DNA of 64,000 nucleotides, from contig CM000436.1 of the NCBI GenBank assembly GCA_000165345.1, positions 1,056,001-1,120,000 on the forward strand, read 5' to 3'. The notes below the pieces were generated by a model. That model made no database searches. It saw only the letters and a list, made by a program, of their open reading frames with translations, and was not told the DNA's origin. Within the stretch, counting starts at the first letter, position 1, and each line of letters starts with the position of its first letter. Both the position numbers and the translations under genes were made by a program. Below are positions 22,408-33,848 of the stretch, piece by piece.

Positions 22408-22818
22408 TTTTTCTGTATTTTTGCTTCTTTAATATAGATATAACACAAATTTCTAATTATGTGGTAACCTGGAGTTGTCCTTTTTTATATATAAATATCT
22501 ATAAATTTTAAACGACTAATTAAAATTTAATTAGGTCAAATTACGCCTTTCAAAAAAAAAGAATTCCTTTTTTTCTTTGTTTAAATTTAATTGATGTTTA
22601 ATACGTATTAATTATTAAAGTAATTTCATTTACCGCTATTAATAATTTAATTTTTATTAATTGATAAAATTAATAACTCATTACATTTATTATATAAATA
22701 AATATTAGTCAATTATTATTTACAATATTTTATTTTCTTTATGCATTTTTTTTTTTTTTAAAGCATTTAATTATAATTTTATTACTATTAATAGAGACGC
22801 CGTCGTCCTAAGTTCACG

Positions 22819-22831
22819 TTTGGGCGCCAAC
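22819..22831. promoter_or_regulatory. E2F-like site TTTGGGCGCCAAC in the RPS15A / NOP14-like divergent intergenic region, with a CCCGCC element at 22916-22923
   Basis: Direct reading. Same motif class as 6509-6554, 8117-8130, 16897-16910, 40917-40930 and 55331-55356. Confidence 0.4.
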
Positions 22832-23191
22832 TTTTGTTACCTATTAATATTTTATGAAGAAAAAAAATTTTTTTTTTAATCTAAAAATAGGTAACTCGGT
22901 ATAACAGTAATTTATAGCCCGCCTTTTTTTTAAAAAAAAGTTTCACTATTAAAGAATTTTAGATAAGAGTCAAAAATTACAAGGGAATTTTAAGTGAGAA
23001 GAAATAAAAAAGCAGAGGGGGAAAATTGTTTAAGGTCATTAATTCAATTGAAATTATTGAATATGTATTAAAGTTAAAGTGGAAATATTAATTGATTCGA
23101 ATATTATCTAGTAATATAATTTAATAATTATTTGTAAATATCTTAAAATTTTGCATATTTAGATGAAATAAGTTCCAAATTAATGTGAAAG

Positions 23192-26100
23192 ATGGCTAAA
23201 AATAATGGAATAAAAGATCTGAGTTCAGCTTTTAATGTAGTAAAGTATAAAAAGAAAGATCCTCATTTGAAAGTAATAAAGAGTAGAAATTCTAGTAAAA
23301 TAGAAAATTCATTAGATAAGAGAAAAGATAAATTGGGATTTAACGATCGTGATTTCCTTGAAAGAAAGAGGTCTATACTTAAAGAGTTATATTCAGAGGG
23401 AAGGAAGAGTGAATTTAATGATGAGAGAGAGAAGTTTGCTTTAAGAAAAGATTCTATTGGAGATAATTATCAGACTTTAATAGCTACTAAGCAATTAAAG
23501 AAGAAAGTTAAGAAGAGAAAGAATAACTTTAATTTGGACGAAGAAGAAGATGATGATAATGATTATAGAGGACATTCTGGTGAAAATTTAAATAATACTA
23601 GTACTAATGATTTAGAATTCACTCATCAAGGAAAATCTATTTCAGCCTTGGATGATAAGGCTATTCGTAAATATGATGGTAATATAGATGAGGATAATGA
23701 TTTCGATGATAATGATTATACTGGTAGCCGTAAAGGAGATAGTATTTTAGATGAGAAGAATATGCCAGGTTTTTTCTTTGGACAAGGAAATTCAGATGGA
23801 ACTTCTACTAAGTCTAGACAGGAGATATTTAAAGAAATTATGCAAAAGAGTAAGCTTGCAAAGATGGAGATGAAGAGACATAGAGAAAGTCTAGAGGAGG
23901 AGTTGGTTAATTTAGATAGTGCATTTTCTCAAGTTCAATCAATGCTTAGTTATAAACAGTCAAGAAAAGACAGAGTCAATTCTTTACTGAATAATATTAA
24001 TTCTAATTCTTCTGTTACTGATAATAATGGTAATGATAATAATATTCAGTCATCTGACAAGAATATTGAAGAATTGGATGAATATGAACAACTCAGAAAT
24101 CTTCTAAAGTTTGATACAAGAACTGGTGTTTCTGATAGAATTAAAACTGATGAAGAAATTGCAAAACTTAATGCTGAAAAACTTGAGAGGCTTGAAAAGG
24201 AGAGAAAAGAAAGAATGAATCTTGATGATTCCAATATTGACATTGACTTGAGTACTGAATCGGAAAATGAGTACTTTAAGGACGACTTTGATGATGAAGA
24301 TGGTGAAGAAGAGGACGGCTTTGAAGATGAAGAAGAAGATGAAGAAGAGGAAGAAGAAGAGGAAGAAGAAGAGGAGGAGGAAGAGGAGGAAGAAGAGGAG
24401 GAAGAAGAGGAGGAAGAAGAGGAAGATGAGGGACGGAAAGTAGAAAAGGACTGCTTTGAAGAGGAAGAAGAAGATGGGGAGGGGGAAGAAGAGGACGGTG
24501 AGGATGATGAGGAGAGAGTGAAACCCGCATCTAAAGGATTCATTGATTTCGAATTAAATGAAATTGATGAAATTGATTGGTTGGTGAACGATGAATCTGA
24601 ACCAAATTTACCATTTAGTGTTAATTTGAAGAAAATCTTGAAGGAATATAGTTTGAAGGGACTTATGGAATTTATGAATGGATTTTCTCCAAAATCTCAA
24701 TGGAAATTTATTTGCAGATTTAGATCATGCTTTAATAAGGGAGATACTGCAATGTTGAATGACTTAAAACTTCTTATTGGTTTTCTTATTAAATATCCAT
24801 TAAATTGTCTAAGAACAGCAGAATCAGATTCTGAAAAGAAGAATATTTTTCAATTTATTATTAATTATCTTAAGCTTATGAGTAGTCATTTATTATTTAT
24901 GGCAGAAACTGATCCAAAAGAATGCCTTATCATTTTCACTTACTTTACATTTGAAATTTGTCATACAACATTTCCAAGTGTTTATCACAAATATAAAAAA
25001 GTTGAAAAGTTTTTAAATGATAATCTTTTAAATGTAGAAAATGAAAACTATTATACTGAAATATTAGAAGAATGTCCATCTTTATACCAACTTTCTGAAG
25101 ATATATATGAACTGACTTTAGAACATATTGTGATATGTAGAATGATGTTTATATTATTCCCAGTTACTGATGCTCAACATCCAATATTAACTCCAGTTAT
25201 TATATGCTTGGAACAATGGGCTCACAGATGGAGTCAAGTTGGGAAATCTTTACTAAACACTAACACACCAGATCAAGATAGTGAAGAGTTTAAATACAAC
25301 CAAATAAGGCTTGTTGGGGGTAGTAACCCAAATATTAGTTGCATGATTGGAGTAATCTGTCTATTGGAGATATCTAGTATTGGTTATGCAAATAGTAAAT
25401 CAAATAATAATGGTAATGAATTGCTTGAAAGATTTAGTATTGGTTACTTTACTTTATCATTAAGTTGCCTTAAATGGCTGTTATTGTCTGATCCTGATAA
25501 TAATATTTCCATTGAAGAAAAAAGAATTTCATTATCAATAGGAATTCTTAAATCTTTAATTAGAGTAATTTCTGCTTTTAAAGATTTACAAGGGTTCCAT
25601 GCTATTATTATTCATCTTATCCGTGAAAATATCAAACAAATTAATGAATCATTAATGAAGATGGATAATTGTAAAGTATTGTTAAATTTGGTTTCTGAAA
25701 TTGAATCGATCTCTACAGAAATTGCCAATAGACCTCAAAAACCAATTAGTCTTTGTCCAAGACAAACTCCAACAATTAGATCTTTGATTCCCAAAATTGA
25801 TGATCCATCTGTTCCATTTGCTGCAAAAGCTATGCTTAGAGCCAAACATGGTCCCAAAGAATCCCAATATGAACATGAAAAGAAACATTATTTGTCTAGA
25901 TTGAAAAAAGAAGTCAATACTGCTAGAAGACAAGCCAGTAGACAACTTAGAAAAGATTCACAAGTGATTGCAAGTGCATGGCATGAAAATAGAACGGAAA
26001 AATCCAATAAACAAAATGCCAAGTATAATTCCTTCATGAAGATGTTAGAAGACGACCAAGCTGAATATAAGAGGATGAAGACTACAGGTGGAACCATGGA

Positions 26101-26194
26101 TACTTCAATTCAATCTTATAGAGCCAATAAACAAAACAAGAAGAAGAATCAAAAGATGGCTGGTAATAAAACTGCCAATGGTCTTGTCCACTAG
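23192..26194 (+). CDS. NOP14: NOP14-like nucleolar (SSU processome) protein, 1000 aa with a long poly-Glu tract
   Basis: The N-terminal block '...LKKKVKKRKNNFNLDEEEDDD...FTHQGKSISALDD...EIFKEIMQKSKLAKMEMKRHRESLEEEL' follows the NOP14 N-domain pattern (K-rich, FNLxDxE, THxGxSL..DD, KSK..K). An acidic region of about 50 consecutive E is encoded at 24290-24460. The C-terminal alpha-helical domain is not diagnostic. Confidence 0.6.
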   Translation: MAKNNGIKDLSSAFNVVKYKKKDPHLKVIKSRNSSKIENSLDKRKDKLGFNDRDFLERKRSILKELYSEGRKSEFNDEREKFALRKDSIGDNYQTLIATKQLKKKVKKRKNNFNLDEEEDDDNDYRGHSGENLNNTSTNDLEFTHQGKSISALDDKAIRKYDGNIDEDNDFDDNDYTGSRKGDSILDEKNMPGFFFGQGNSDGTSTKSRQEIFKEIMQKSKLAKMEMKRHRESLEEELVNLDSAFSQVQSMLSYKQSRKDRVNSLLNNINSNSSVTDNNGNDNNIQSSDKNIEELDEYEQLRNLLKFDTRTGVSDRIKTDEEIAKLNAEKLERLEKERKERMNLDDSNIDIDLSTESENEYFKDDFDDEDGEEEDGFEDEEEDEEEEEEEEEEEEEEEEEEEEEEEEEEEEDEGRKVEKDCFEEEEEDGEGEEEDGEDDEERVKPASKGFIDFELNEIDEIDWLVNDESEPNLPFSVNLKKILKEYSLKGLMEFMNGFSPKSQWKFICRFRSCFNKGDTAMLNDLKLLIGFLIKYPLNCLRTAESDSEKKNIFQFIINYLKLMSSHLLFMAETDPKECLIIFTYFTFEICHTTFPSVYHKYKKVEKFLNDNLLNVENENYYTEILEECPSLYQLSEDIYELTLEHIVICRMMFILFPVTDAQHPILTPVIICLEQWAHRWSQVGKSLLNTNTPDQDSEEFKYNQIRLVGGSNPNISCMIGVICLLEISSIGYANSKSNNNGNELLERFSIGYFTLSLSCLKWLLLSDPDNNISIEEKRISLSIGILKSLIRVISAFKDLQGFHAIIIHLIRENIKQINESLMKMDNCKVLLNLVSEIESISTEIANRPQKPISLCPRQTPTIRSLIPKIDDPSVPFAAKAMLRAKHGPKESQYEHEKKHYLSRLKKEVNTARRQASRQLRKDSQVIASAWHENRTEKSNKQNAKYNSFMKMLEDDQAEYKRMKTTGGTMDTSIQSYRANKQNKKKNQKMAGNKTANGLVH
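24290..24460 (+). repeat. (GAA/GAG)n trinucleotide tract inside the NOP14-like CDS, encoding about 50 consecutive Glu
   Basis: 'gaagaagaggaagaagaagaggaagaagaagaggaggagg...' is continuous. The antisense track ORFs 24046-24543 and 24276-24530 (poly-S/poly-L) are artifacts of this tract. Confidence 0.9.
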
Positions 26195-26840
26195 TTTTCT
26201 ATATTAGTATATATACTTTTTTCGTCATATATATGATTTTTGTTTTTAACTTAATTAACTTATATGTTTACGCTTTATTCTTTTTATTTCAAAGTGAAAT
26301 TTTATGATTTATGTCCAAATTCCTTTCTTTTTTTTTATCCACATTTCAAATTATTAATCAATTATTTAATTACTGGTTGCATGCATGCACGTATTCATTT
26401 TTGCAATTCTTACTACACCGGTATATAAGCAATTGATTTATGTAATTAATGTGGACATTACGTGTCTATTAATAATTACCGGTATACAGTTTAAAGAAAA
26501 AAAAAATGTAAATAGCAAATTGCGGGAAAAAAAATCATTGCAATTATTAAATAATATACAATTATGCAGGAAAATTGAAGGAATTAACAAAACTTCTAAA
26601 ACAATTATATTGCTTTTAATGCTGGTATATGAAGATCAAAAAAACGATTAATTATTATTTTCTTTTATCGTTTACTCTGGAATAGAGATAAGTTGATTAA
26701 CTTCAAGTATTTAAAAATAAATTGTGATAAATTTTAATAGAAATATTATTATTGAAGAAGATTTAATCAATTTAAGTTAATTTATGATTTACAAAGTTTT
26801 TTTAAAATACTGAGGTAATAATTCAGATGAATAAAAAACA

Positions 26841-28136
26841 ATGAAGAAAAATCAATTAGCGTTAGAATTACATAAAAGTGCTAATATAACGGATTTGTCT
26901 GTATTAGAAGATGAAAAAAAGTTGGTAAGATTTGGTAATAGTGGAAAATTAAAACACAGAGGAGAACATTTGAAAAGACCTACGGAGTCAGAAGAATTAG
27001 AGATTTATGAAAAAACTAAAAAAGCTTTGAATTTAGTAATTGATAGAAAACAGGATACTCTTTATCCATTTAAAGAAAGCAAAAAAGAAGCTAAGACTGA
27101 ATTCATAAAATATAGATCGAGTTCCGATACTATTGGATACGATCCAAGGTTTGCTGAAAGAATAATTAAAGTAGTGGAAAGACCTAAAGATCCTTTAGAA
27201 CTTCCTAAATTTAAAAATAGAATATTGGGAGGTACAAAAAGGGAGGAAATGGTTCCTATTTTAAGACCACCATCAAAAAAGCTTACTCAAGAGGAAATTA
27301 AAGAGTGGAATATTCCCCCAAGTATTTCAAATTGGAAAAACCCTATGGGTTATACTGTTCCTTTAGATAAAAGAGTACAAGCTGATACTCGTGATTTAAT
27401 TAATATCTCAGTTAATGATAGATTTGCAACATTAAGTGAATCTTTACAACTTGCAGAGAAGAATGCAAGAGAACAAATTAAACTTAGAAATGAACTTCAA
27501 AAACAGAAGAAAATTAGAGAAGAAATGGAAAGAGAGGAAAAACTTAGAAAATTAGCAGAGTCGTCCAGATATGAAAGAAGTAGCCATCATCTTCTTTCAA
27601 AAATTCCAGAATTTTATCAGGATAAAAAAGAAGGTTCAGATGAAGATAATGACGAATTTGATCATATTAGAAGAATAGAATTAGAAAAAAGGAGAGAAAT
27701 TGAAAGAGAATTTAGGCAGGAAAGAGCAGGGAAAAAATCAAAAACATTACGTGATAGCGATAGAGATATTTCTGAACATATTGCTTTAGGCCAAGCTCAG
27801 TCTGCTAATATTGGGTCTTCTTCTGAGTCCCAGTTTGATGCAAGACTATTTAACAAGGTATCAGGATTAGATTCAGGATTTTCCAATGATACTATAAGTG
27901 TTTATGATAAGCCATTATTTAATACAAATAATTTAAAACATAGAGGATTATATACTTTTGAAGAAAGTAGAGTTGAAGAAAGTATTGGAGGAAGAGTTCA
28001 TGTACCTTCATTTTCAGGTACTGATAATTCCAAAACAGCTCTCAGAACAAAACCTGTTGAATTTGAAAGGGATGAAGATGATCCTTTTGGATTGGATAAA
28101 TTAATTGATTCAGTAAGAAAGGATTACAAAAAGTAA
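26841..28136 (+). CDS. SNW1: SNW-domain splicing factor SNW1/SKIP/Prp45, 431 aa
   Basis: The SNW motif 'IPPSISNWKNPMGYTVPLDKRVQADTRDL' is followed by the charged helical region 'ELQKQKKIREEMEREEKLRKLAE', typical of SKIP/Prp45. Confidence 0.85.
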   Translation: MKKNQLALELHKSANITDLSVLEDEKKLVRFGNSGKLKHRGEHLKRPTESEELEIYEKTKKALNLVIDRKQDTLYPFKESKKEAKTEFIKYRSSSDTIGYDPRFAERIIKVVERPKDPLELPKFKNRILGGTKREEMVPILRPPSKKLTQEEIKEWNIPPSISNWKNPMGYTVPLDKRVQADTRDLINISVNDRFATLSESLQLAEKNAREQIKLRNELQKQKKIREEMEREEKLRKLAESSRYERSSHHLLSKIPEFYQDKKEGSDEDNDEFDHIRRIELEKRREIEREFRQERAGKKSKTLRDSDRDISEHIALGQAQSANIGSSSESQFDARLFNKVSGLDSGFSNDTISVYDKPLFNTNNLKHRGLYTFEESRVEESIGGRVHVPSFSGTDNSKTALRTKPVEFERDEDDPFGLDKLIDSVRKDYKK

Positions 28137-28417
28137 TTACAGGTTTTATTTATTTCAAGTATATTGAAAGAAATGTAATCAATTTTACACTCGTTAAGTT
28201 CATATTAAAAATATATTAAGATTATTAATGTTTTTATACTCAGTATATTATATATATTGTAATAAGATATTACCCTAGTTAAGTATATTGTATTAGTAGT
28301 TATGATGCAGTTATATTGTCTGTTAGTATTCTCTTACAATTAAATGAGAAGCAATTTCAACATTAATAATTAACATCATATAATTCTTTTTATAGGGACA
28401 ACTTTTGATGTTCTTTT

Positions 28418-28951
28418 TTATGCTTGTGATTCAACGCTGACACCTCTTCTTAAAGCTTCATAATAAGAGCTTGCAACCCAAGCAGCAAAGTAATCAAATC
28501 CAACAGTAATAATGGAAATAATCAAAACTACAAATGAAAATACTGAGAATCCAAGTCTGATAATTGCAAAGAATATTGCTGAAACAAGCAATAATGAGCT
28601 GATAGTAAGTAATAGTGCTTGAGCATATGCGAACATCTTGGAAGTTGATTCTTGTTTTTGATAAGCTGCAATAAGACCAATAACTCCAACTCCAAATCTT
28701 GCAATTGCTACAATGAGTCCTGGAAAACTCATTGCAGTGAAAATTTGAAAGATTGAAAAAGCCAAAGTAACTGATGAAAGGATTGTCACCACTCTTCTTA
28801 ATGGAAGAGGTCCAACTTTTCCTAATGGGTGTGGAAACAAGAAACCTGAAGCTTTTTCATAGTCTGCATATTCACGTGCTTTATCAATTCCTTGTTGGGC
28901 TGAAGATAAAAGTGATTCACTTTGATTCTTTAAAGTTTCTGCGTATGACAT
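28418..28951 (-). CDS. Small multi-pass membrane protein (177 aa, 4 predicted TM helices), function unknown
   Basis: Clean ORF with a hydrophilic N-terminus followed by four hydrophobic stretches (e.g. 'VVTILSSVTLAFSIFQIFTAM', 'LLLTISSLLLVSAIFFAIIRL'). No family recognised. Confidence 0.45.
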   Translation of the reverse strand: MSYAETLKNQSESLLSSAQQGIDKAREYADYEKASGFLFPHPLGKVGPLPLRRVVTILSSVTLAFSIFQIFTAMSFPGLIVAIARFGVGVIGLIAAYQKQESTSKMFAYAQALLLTISSLLLVSAIFFAIIRLGFSVFSFVVLIISIITVGFDYFAAWVASSYYEALRRGVSVESQA

Positions 28952-30241
28952 TTTTCTTTGCTTTAAATATATTAACGATTAAGTTTATTCTAATATAGTT
29001 GAATCAGCAGATGATATATGCTTATATACTGCTTTCTTTTGAGTCTTTTAACTAGTAATAATCTTCCTTTAAGAAGCTTAATTAGCTAATATTATCAGCT
29101 CGAAATTAATTCAAATATTATGTACACTCGTACAAATTTAATTTAATGTTTATTAACTGATTGACTACTCTCTAGTTATCTACTTTTTATCTTGAGTTAT
29201 TTTTTCATGCATGCAATTGCCTGTGGCTTGCTTGCATTATTATTTCAATAATAAAATTTTTATTATTATTTTTTTTATGTGGATAATTTGCATACATGCA
29301 TGCAAACTTGCATTCACAAAAATGTCAGTTTTTCTATACCGGTATGCACAAATTTTTATTATTAATTTTTTTGTCCACATTCATACACATGTAATAATAA
29401 AATTAAACTGATAAAAGCAGAAAAATTTAATATGATTTATGAAATTAAAAAAAAATTTGTTTATGTGGGAAAATATTGGAAAAATAGAAAGATCATATAT
29501 TATTGGATTGAATTAAAATTGATAAAACCATAATTTTTAAGATAAGAAATCATTTTTTTTTAATGGTAAATTGCGATTCGTGGTTTTTGAATTTAAACAA
29601 TACCTAAAAGCTAAAGAAGAAAGAAAGTATATAATAAATATATCTTAAATTATTATAAACAGAATATTATCTCTTATTTTGCAATAATAAGTTTGATAAA
29701 ATAATTTATTTGATAATGTTTTATTATTAACGCAAAGTTAAATAATAATTATAATAATTAATTTAATGGAAAAGAAAGCATTTATTAATGTGGATAAAAT
29801 GATACAATATAATTAATCTGCAAACTTATTTCGTCGAATTAAATTGAATTCAAGTTAATTAAATATTATTAAATTATATGTCATTCTTTAAAGTTTTAAA
29901 AATTGGTTAATTTTTTTTTCCCTAAATATCATGTAAATGGGCAAGATGTTGGACAAGGCGGTAATATTTAATTAATTGATAATCGAATACAAGCTAATAA
30001 TCAAACATAAGAAAAAAAAAATTCTTCTAAAAATAAGAATTAAGAATATAACTTTGTATATTCCAATATAATAAGAATTAGCTTTTAGAGAATTATAAGC
30101 AAAGTTAACTGATGAAATTTGGTGGTTCCAAATTTACTTAGAAAGCTAAAATTATTCCAAATTAAAGAAGAATACAAGAAATTTCTGTAAGAGAAAAAGG
30201 CACACAATAACAAGCATATAAATAAAAATATATCTTTCATT

Positions 30242-31276
30242 TTGATTAATTTGGGGATCTTTGCTATTTTAATTAATATGAGTGATTCAAAAGATATTAT
30301 TCTTGAAATTAAATTAATGAAGGAAAGTTTGGAAAGACTCATTTTAAACAAAGAGTCAGAATCTACATATGACGAAGTAATGAAAATTTTAGAAAAGCTT
30401 GAATCAGTTTGTATTAATCGAGAAATACTCAAGCAGACTAAAATAGGGGTAGTCATGACTGCAGTTAAAAAGGGGTTTTGCACAGTAAATAATATTGCCA
30501 TAGTCACAAAGGCTGATGAATTAATTAGAAAATGGAAGGATTCATTAGCAACTAATACTCAACAAGCACCAAATAATAATGAGAAATTAAATGATCAAAA
30601 CGTCTCATCTACAGCTAAGAAACTCAAACAATCTGCAGAAAATAAAACAAAAGATATTCAAGAAAGCCAAAACCAAGTTAAAAACGAAACAAAAGAAGAA
30701 ATTAAAGAAGAAGAAATTTTACATAAAGAATATACTGGACCTTTGACAGGTGATGTAATGAGAGACAAAGCAAGACATTTTCTATGGAAGGCTATGGTAA
30801 CAGGAGTGCCTTATTCTCAAGCAAAATTAATGAAAGAATCACAAGTTTGTGAAATTGCTGCAGAAATTGAATCTGTATTACATCGAGAGTATATAGTCAA
30901 AGGTGATAATTCAGTTCGTGATTATAATTTACAACTTAAAACAATTAAATGGAATTTAAGCGATTTAAAAAACCCTGAACTGAACTCTAAATTATATGTT
31001 GGTAAAATTACTCCAGAAGAAATTGCTAGAATGCAAAGTAGAGAAATGGCATCAGATGCAAAACAGAAGGAGAGAGAGAAACACAAACAGGAAAGTTTGG
31101 AAGCTTGCCAGTCCGATTGGGATTTGAGGAATTTAATACAAAAAGAGGGTCAATTTACTTGCGGAAAATGCAAGACAAATAAAACAACATATTACCAAAT
31201 GCAGACAAGATCAGCTGACGAACCCATGACAACATTTGTACGTTGTTTAAATTGTGGCAATCGTTGGAAGTTTTAA
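30242..31276 (+). CDS. TFIIS: Transcription elongation factor TFIIS (S-II), 344 aa
   Basis: TFIIS N-domain-like start, central domain, and C-terminal Zn ribbon 'FTCGKCKTNKTTYYQMQTRSADEPMTTFVRCLNCGNRWKF' with the invariant acidic 'SADEP' hairpin. Confidence 0.9.
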   Translation: MINLGIFAILINMSDSKDIILEIKLMKESLERLILNKESESTYDEVMKILEKLESVCINREILKQTKIGVVMTAVKKGFCTVNNIAIVTKADELIRKWKDSLATNTQQAPNNNEKLNDQNVSSTAKKLKQSAENKTKDIQESQNQVKNETKEEIKEEEILHKEYTGPLTGDVMRDKARHFLWKAMVTGVPYSQAKLMKESQVCEIAAEIESVLHREYIVKGDNSVRDYNLQLKTIKWNLSDLKNPELNSKLYVGKITPEEIARMQSREMASDAKQKEREKHKQESLEACQSDWDLRNLIQKEGQFTCGKCKTNKTTYYQMQTRSADEPMTTFVRCLNCGNRWKF

Positions 31277-31487
31277 CCTTTTTGTTCTTTTTTGTTTCTG
31301 ATATTCCAAGTATATATTAATATTTATAATAATCGAGGACAATTAAAATAATGGTTTTAATAGAAACCTAAATAAATAATTCAAAAAATTTGATCCAAAA
31401 CACAGGAAAAATAAATAAAAATTGTAATATATTATATTCATGAATATATTTACAAATTTGTCTATAACTGGAGAATTCTCTATCATC

Positions 31488-33134
31488 CTACTCTTTACCA
31501 TGATAAGAATTGAGAAGATTACATGAAAGAAATTTTGTCAAGGGCGAAACAGTTAATTTAGGTACTTCCCCTCGGTAATAGGGGAATACAGAATGGAACA
31601 GGTTGAGATAATTGAGGGAAAATATGATGGACATGATTAGTCCAAAAGTCTTAAGAAGGAAATGTTTATTTGCAACTCTTACAGTATTAGGAGTAACAAA
31701 GATTTGATACTCTGATCTTACCCAAAGCGTTGAATATTTTGACTTTAAAAGTTCTGATGGTTCATTGGTTAAATTTGATAACTTATCACTCATTTGGAAT
31801 GTTGGGCTATTGAAAAAATCATACTCAATGTTAGATTTTTCATTATCGTCCATTATACTACTATTTGTATTATTGTTTTTTGAGATTTCTTGGTGCATAA
31901 TCAACCATTGATACCAATCATTCGGTAGTAATTTACCATGAAATTGGGCAATATCAGCAATAATTTGTTGAGATTCTGTTACAAGATATGATTTATCTTT
32001 CTTTTGAAAACCATAATCAAGATTAAGTTCGTTTGGATAATCTTCATTACCTGAATCTTGAGAAGACAAATCATTTCCATTTGAATTTGAAAAATGCCTA
32101 TAAATAATATTAAAAGGATTCATCCTATGATATAATAAACGTTTAAGAAGAAGAAAATCAATAATCCAGTTCTTTTCAAGTTGAAGAAATGCAAATATTA
32201 TTCCAGGAAAACTAGTTTTTACCCACATAGGTTCGGAAGAAAATTGATTTTTGGATGTATAGAATCCAACAATACCTCCTTCAAGTTCATCTTCTGAAAT
32301 GAATAATAACTCTACCATATCTTTATGCTCACAAAAAATATTTGAGCTAACTTCAGTATTAATAGAGGCAAAACTTTTCATTGAATGAGGAATACTATTA
32401 TTTGAAGAATCATTTGTAAAACCTTTGATATTTTTTGAATTACTCCGATTCTTTTTATTCGTACCTTCTCTAATATTCAATCCACACCAATTAATTAAAT
32501 GAGGTTTATACTTAATATCATTATCATTTGTGTACATTCTTGTACTAATTTGATAATCTATTTCATCTCTAATAAATAATGGAACAGGAAAATCACCTGG
32601 ATGATATACTGAGAATTTGCTAGAATTTAGTTCTTTGTGAGAATTTATTTCTTGAAAAACAGATGATTCTGAGGAAGAACTATTCAAATTAACTGTTAAT
32701 TTATTATTTTCTAATTTGTTAATAGTATAATATGATTGTTTCCAAGCATCTATGCATAAACATGTTGCTCCTTCATAAATGCATGTTCTTTTATTTTTAT
32801 TATCACTGTAATAATACCGATCATGATGCAAGATTCTCATTAATACTATTCCATTAAATTCATTTATATCATTTCTAAACCTATTTCTTTCTCTACAATA
32901 AATTAATGAAGGTGTTTCAATTCCATTTAATTCAGAATATATTGTAACGAAGCTATTTATGCGCCCAAATCGGAAATATAGCACAAAAGAGTTGTAAATA
33001 CTTGCCAATACAAAGACATATATTAATATTTGATATATTGTAGCCACAATTCCTGTTAAATAAGCTCTTCTTCCTTTTCCAAAAGTTCCAGGAAGTATAA
33101 AATCTCGAATTTTATTTATAATACCCATATTCAA
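31488..33134 (-). CDS. Hypothetical membrane protein (548 aa; N- and C-terminal TM helices flanking a large N/S-rich domain)
   Basis: Long single ORF. Hydrophobic 'YLTGIVATIYQILIYVFVLASIYNSFVLYF' near the N-terminus and 'LLKTFGLIMSIIFSLNYLNLF' near the C-terminus. No family recognised. Confidence 0.5.
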   Translation of the reverse strand: MNMGIINKIRDFILPGTFGKGRRAYLTGIVATIYQILIYVFVLASIYNSFVLYFRFGRINSFVTIYSELNGIETPSLIYCRERNRFRNDINEFNGIVLMRILHHDRYYYSDNKNKRTCIYEGATCLCIDAWKQSYYTINKLENNKLTVNLNSSSSESSVFQEINSHKELNSSKFSVYHPGDFPVPLFIRDEIDYQISTRMYTNDNDIKYKPHLINWCGLNIREGTNKKNRSNSKNIKGFTNDSSNNSIPHSMKSFASINTEVSSNIFCEHKDMVELLFISEDELEGGIVGFYTSKNQFSSEPMWVKTSFPGIIFAFLQLEKNWIIDFLLLKRLLYHRMNPFNIIYRHFSNSNGNDLSSQDSGNEDYPNELNLDYGFQKKDKSYLVTESQQIIADIAQFHGKLLPNDWYQWLIMHQEISKNNNTNSSIMDDNEKSNIEYDFFNSPTFQMSDKLSNLTNEPSELLKSKYSTLWVRSEYQIFVTPNTVRVANKHFLLKTFGLIMSIIFSLNYLNLFHSVFPYYRGEVPKLTVSPLTKFLSCNLLNSYHGKE

Positions 33135-33456
33135 ACAATTTTCAAAAAATAAAGGGGAATTTTGTAATTTTATTGATGGGATATACTGAAATTCCCAATA
33201 AGCTGTATATAAACATATCTCATTGCAGCATTAATTATTATTGCTATAGTAAAATATCGTTCAGTTCAGATTCGCACAAGCTCTCAAATAGAACTCAAAA
33301 ATCTGCAATATACTAATCAATATACAGTCACCAAAATTTTTGTGGGCTCACTTGACAATTTAAATTATTGAAATATCTCTTTCATCAAAATTGCCAGCTT
33401 TCTTTTTCATTAACTTTTATCAAGGATTCTTTAAGAACTGTTAAAAAAAATGCGCA

Positions 33457-33480
33457 GTTCCCGCCAAAAGTGCCCGCCAC
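33457..33480. promoter_or_regulatory. Tandem E2F-like sites GTTCCCGCCAAAAG and TGCCCGCCAC in the divergent promoter between 31488-33134(-) and 33849-36977(+)
   Basis: 'ttcccgccaaaa' reverse-complements to TTTTGGCGGGAA, a canonical E2F consensus, and is immediately followed by a second CCCGCC. Confidence 0.45.
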
Positions 33481-33848
33481 ACATAATATGGCAAATAGGG
33501 ACTAAAAAATGGTGGGAGAATAAATGTTAAGGGGGGCAGTTGGAGGTAGTTGAATACAAAATTTAATGGAAGTCAAGGAAAAAATTGGAATAGCGAATAA
33601 TTTAAGAAGGAAAATAGACAAAAATAGGTTAGAAACCCTATTAGAAACTATTGGTTTATAAAGATCATATACAAGTAATTGTTGAGGAAATTTAAAGAAG
33701 AAAGAATCAAGTGTTTGGTTAGAGTGTGGAAACAACGGAATAATTATCGGAAAGTAGTAATATTTGATGCAAAAGAGGAAATATATGTGTGAGAATATTG
33801 AATGCTGATTAGAGTGAAGTTGGTAGAGTTTTAAGTGTCGGAGTTGGT

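Noticed and set aside
24046-24543. Antisense ORFs 24046-24543 and 24276-24530 (poly-Ser / poly-Leu-Pro 'proteins')
   Set aside because: They are the reverse-strand reading of the (GAA/GAG)n tract inside the NOP14-like CDS. They are pure homopolymer translations with no independent start or stop context.
26385-26651. ORF 26385-26651(+), 88 aa, upstream of SNW1
   Set aside because: It overlaps the TGCATGCATGCA / CACCGGTATA / TTACCGGTATAC motif block and has AT-rich intergenic composition. Probably promoter DNA, although a short upstream ORF cannot be formally excluded.
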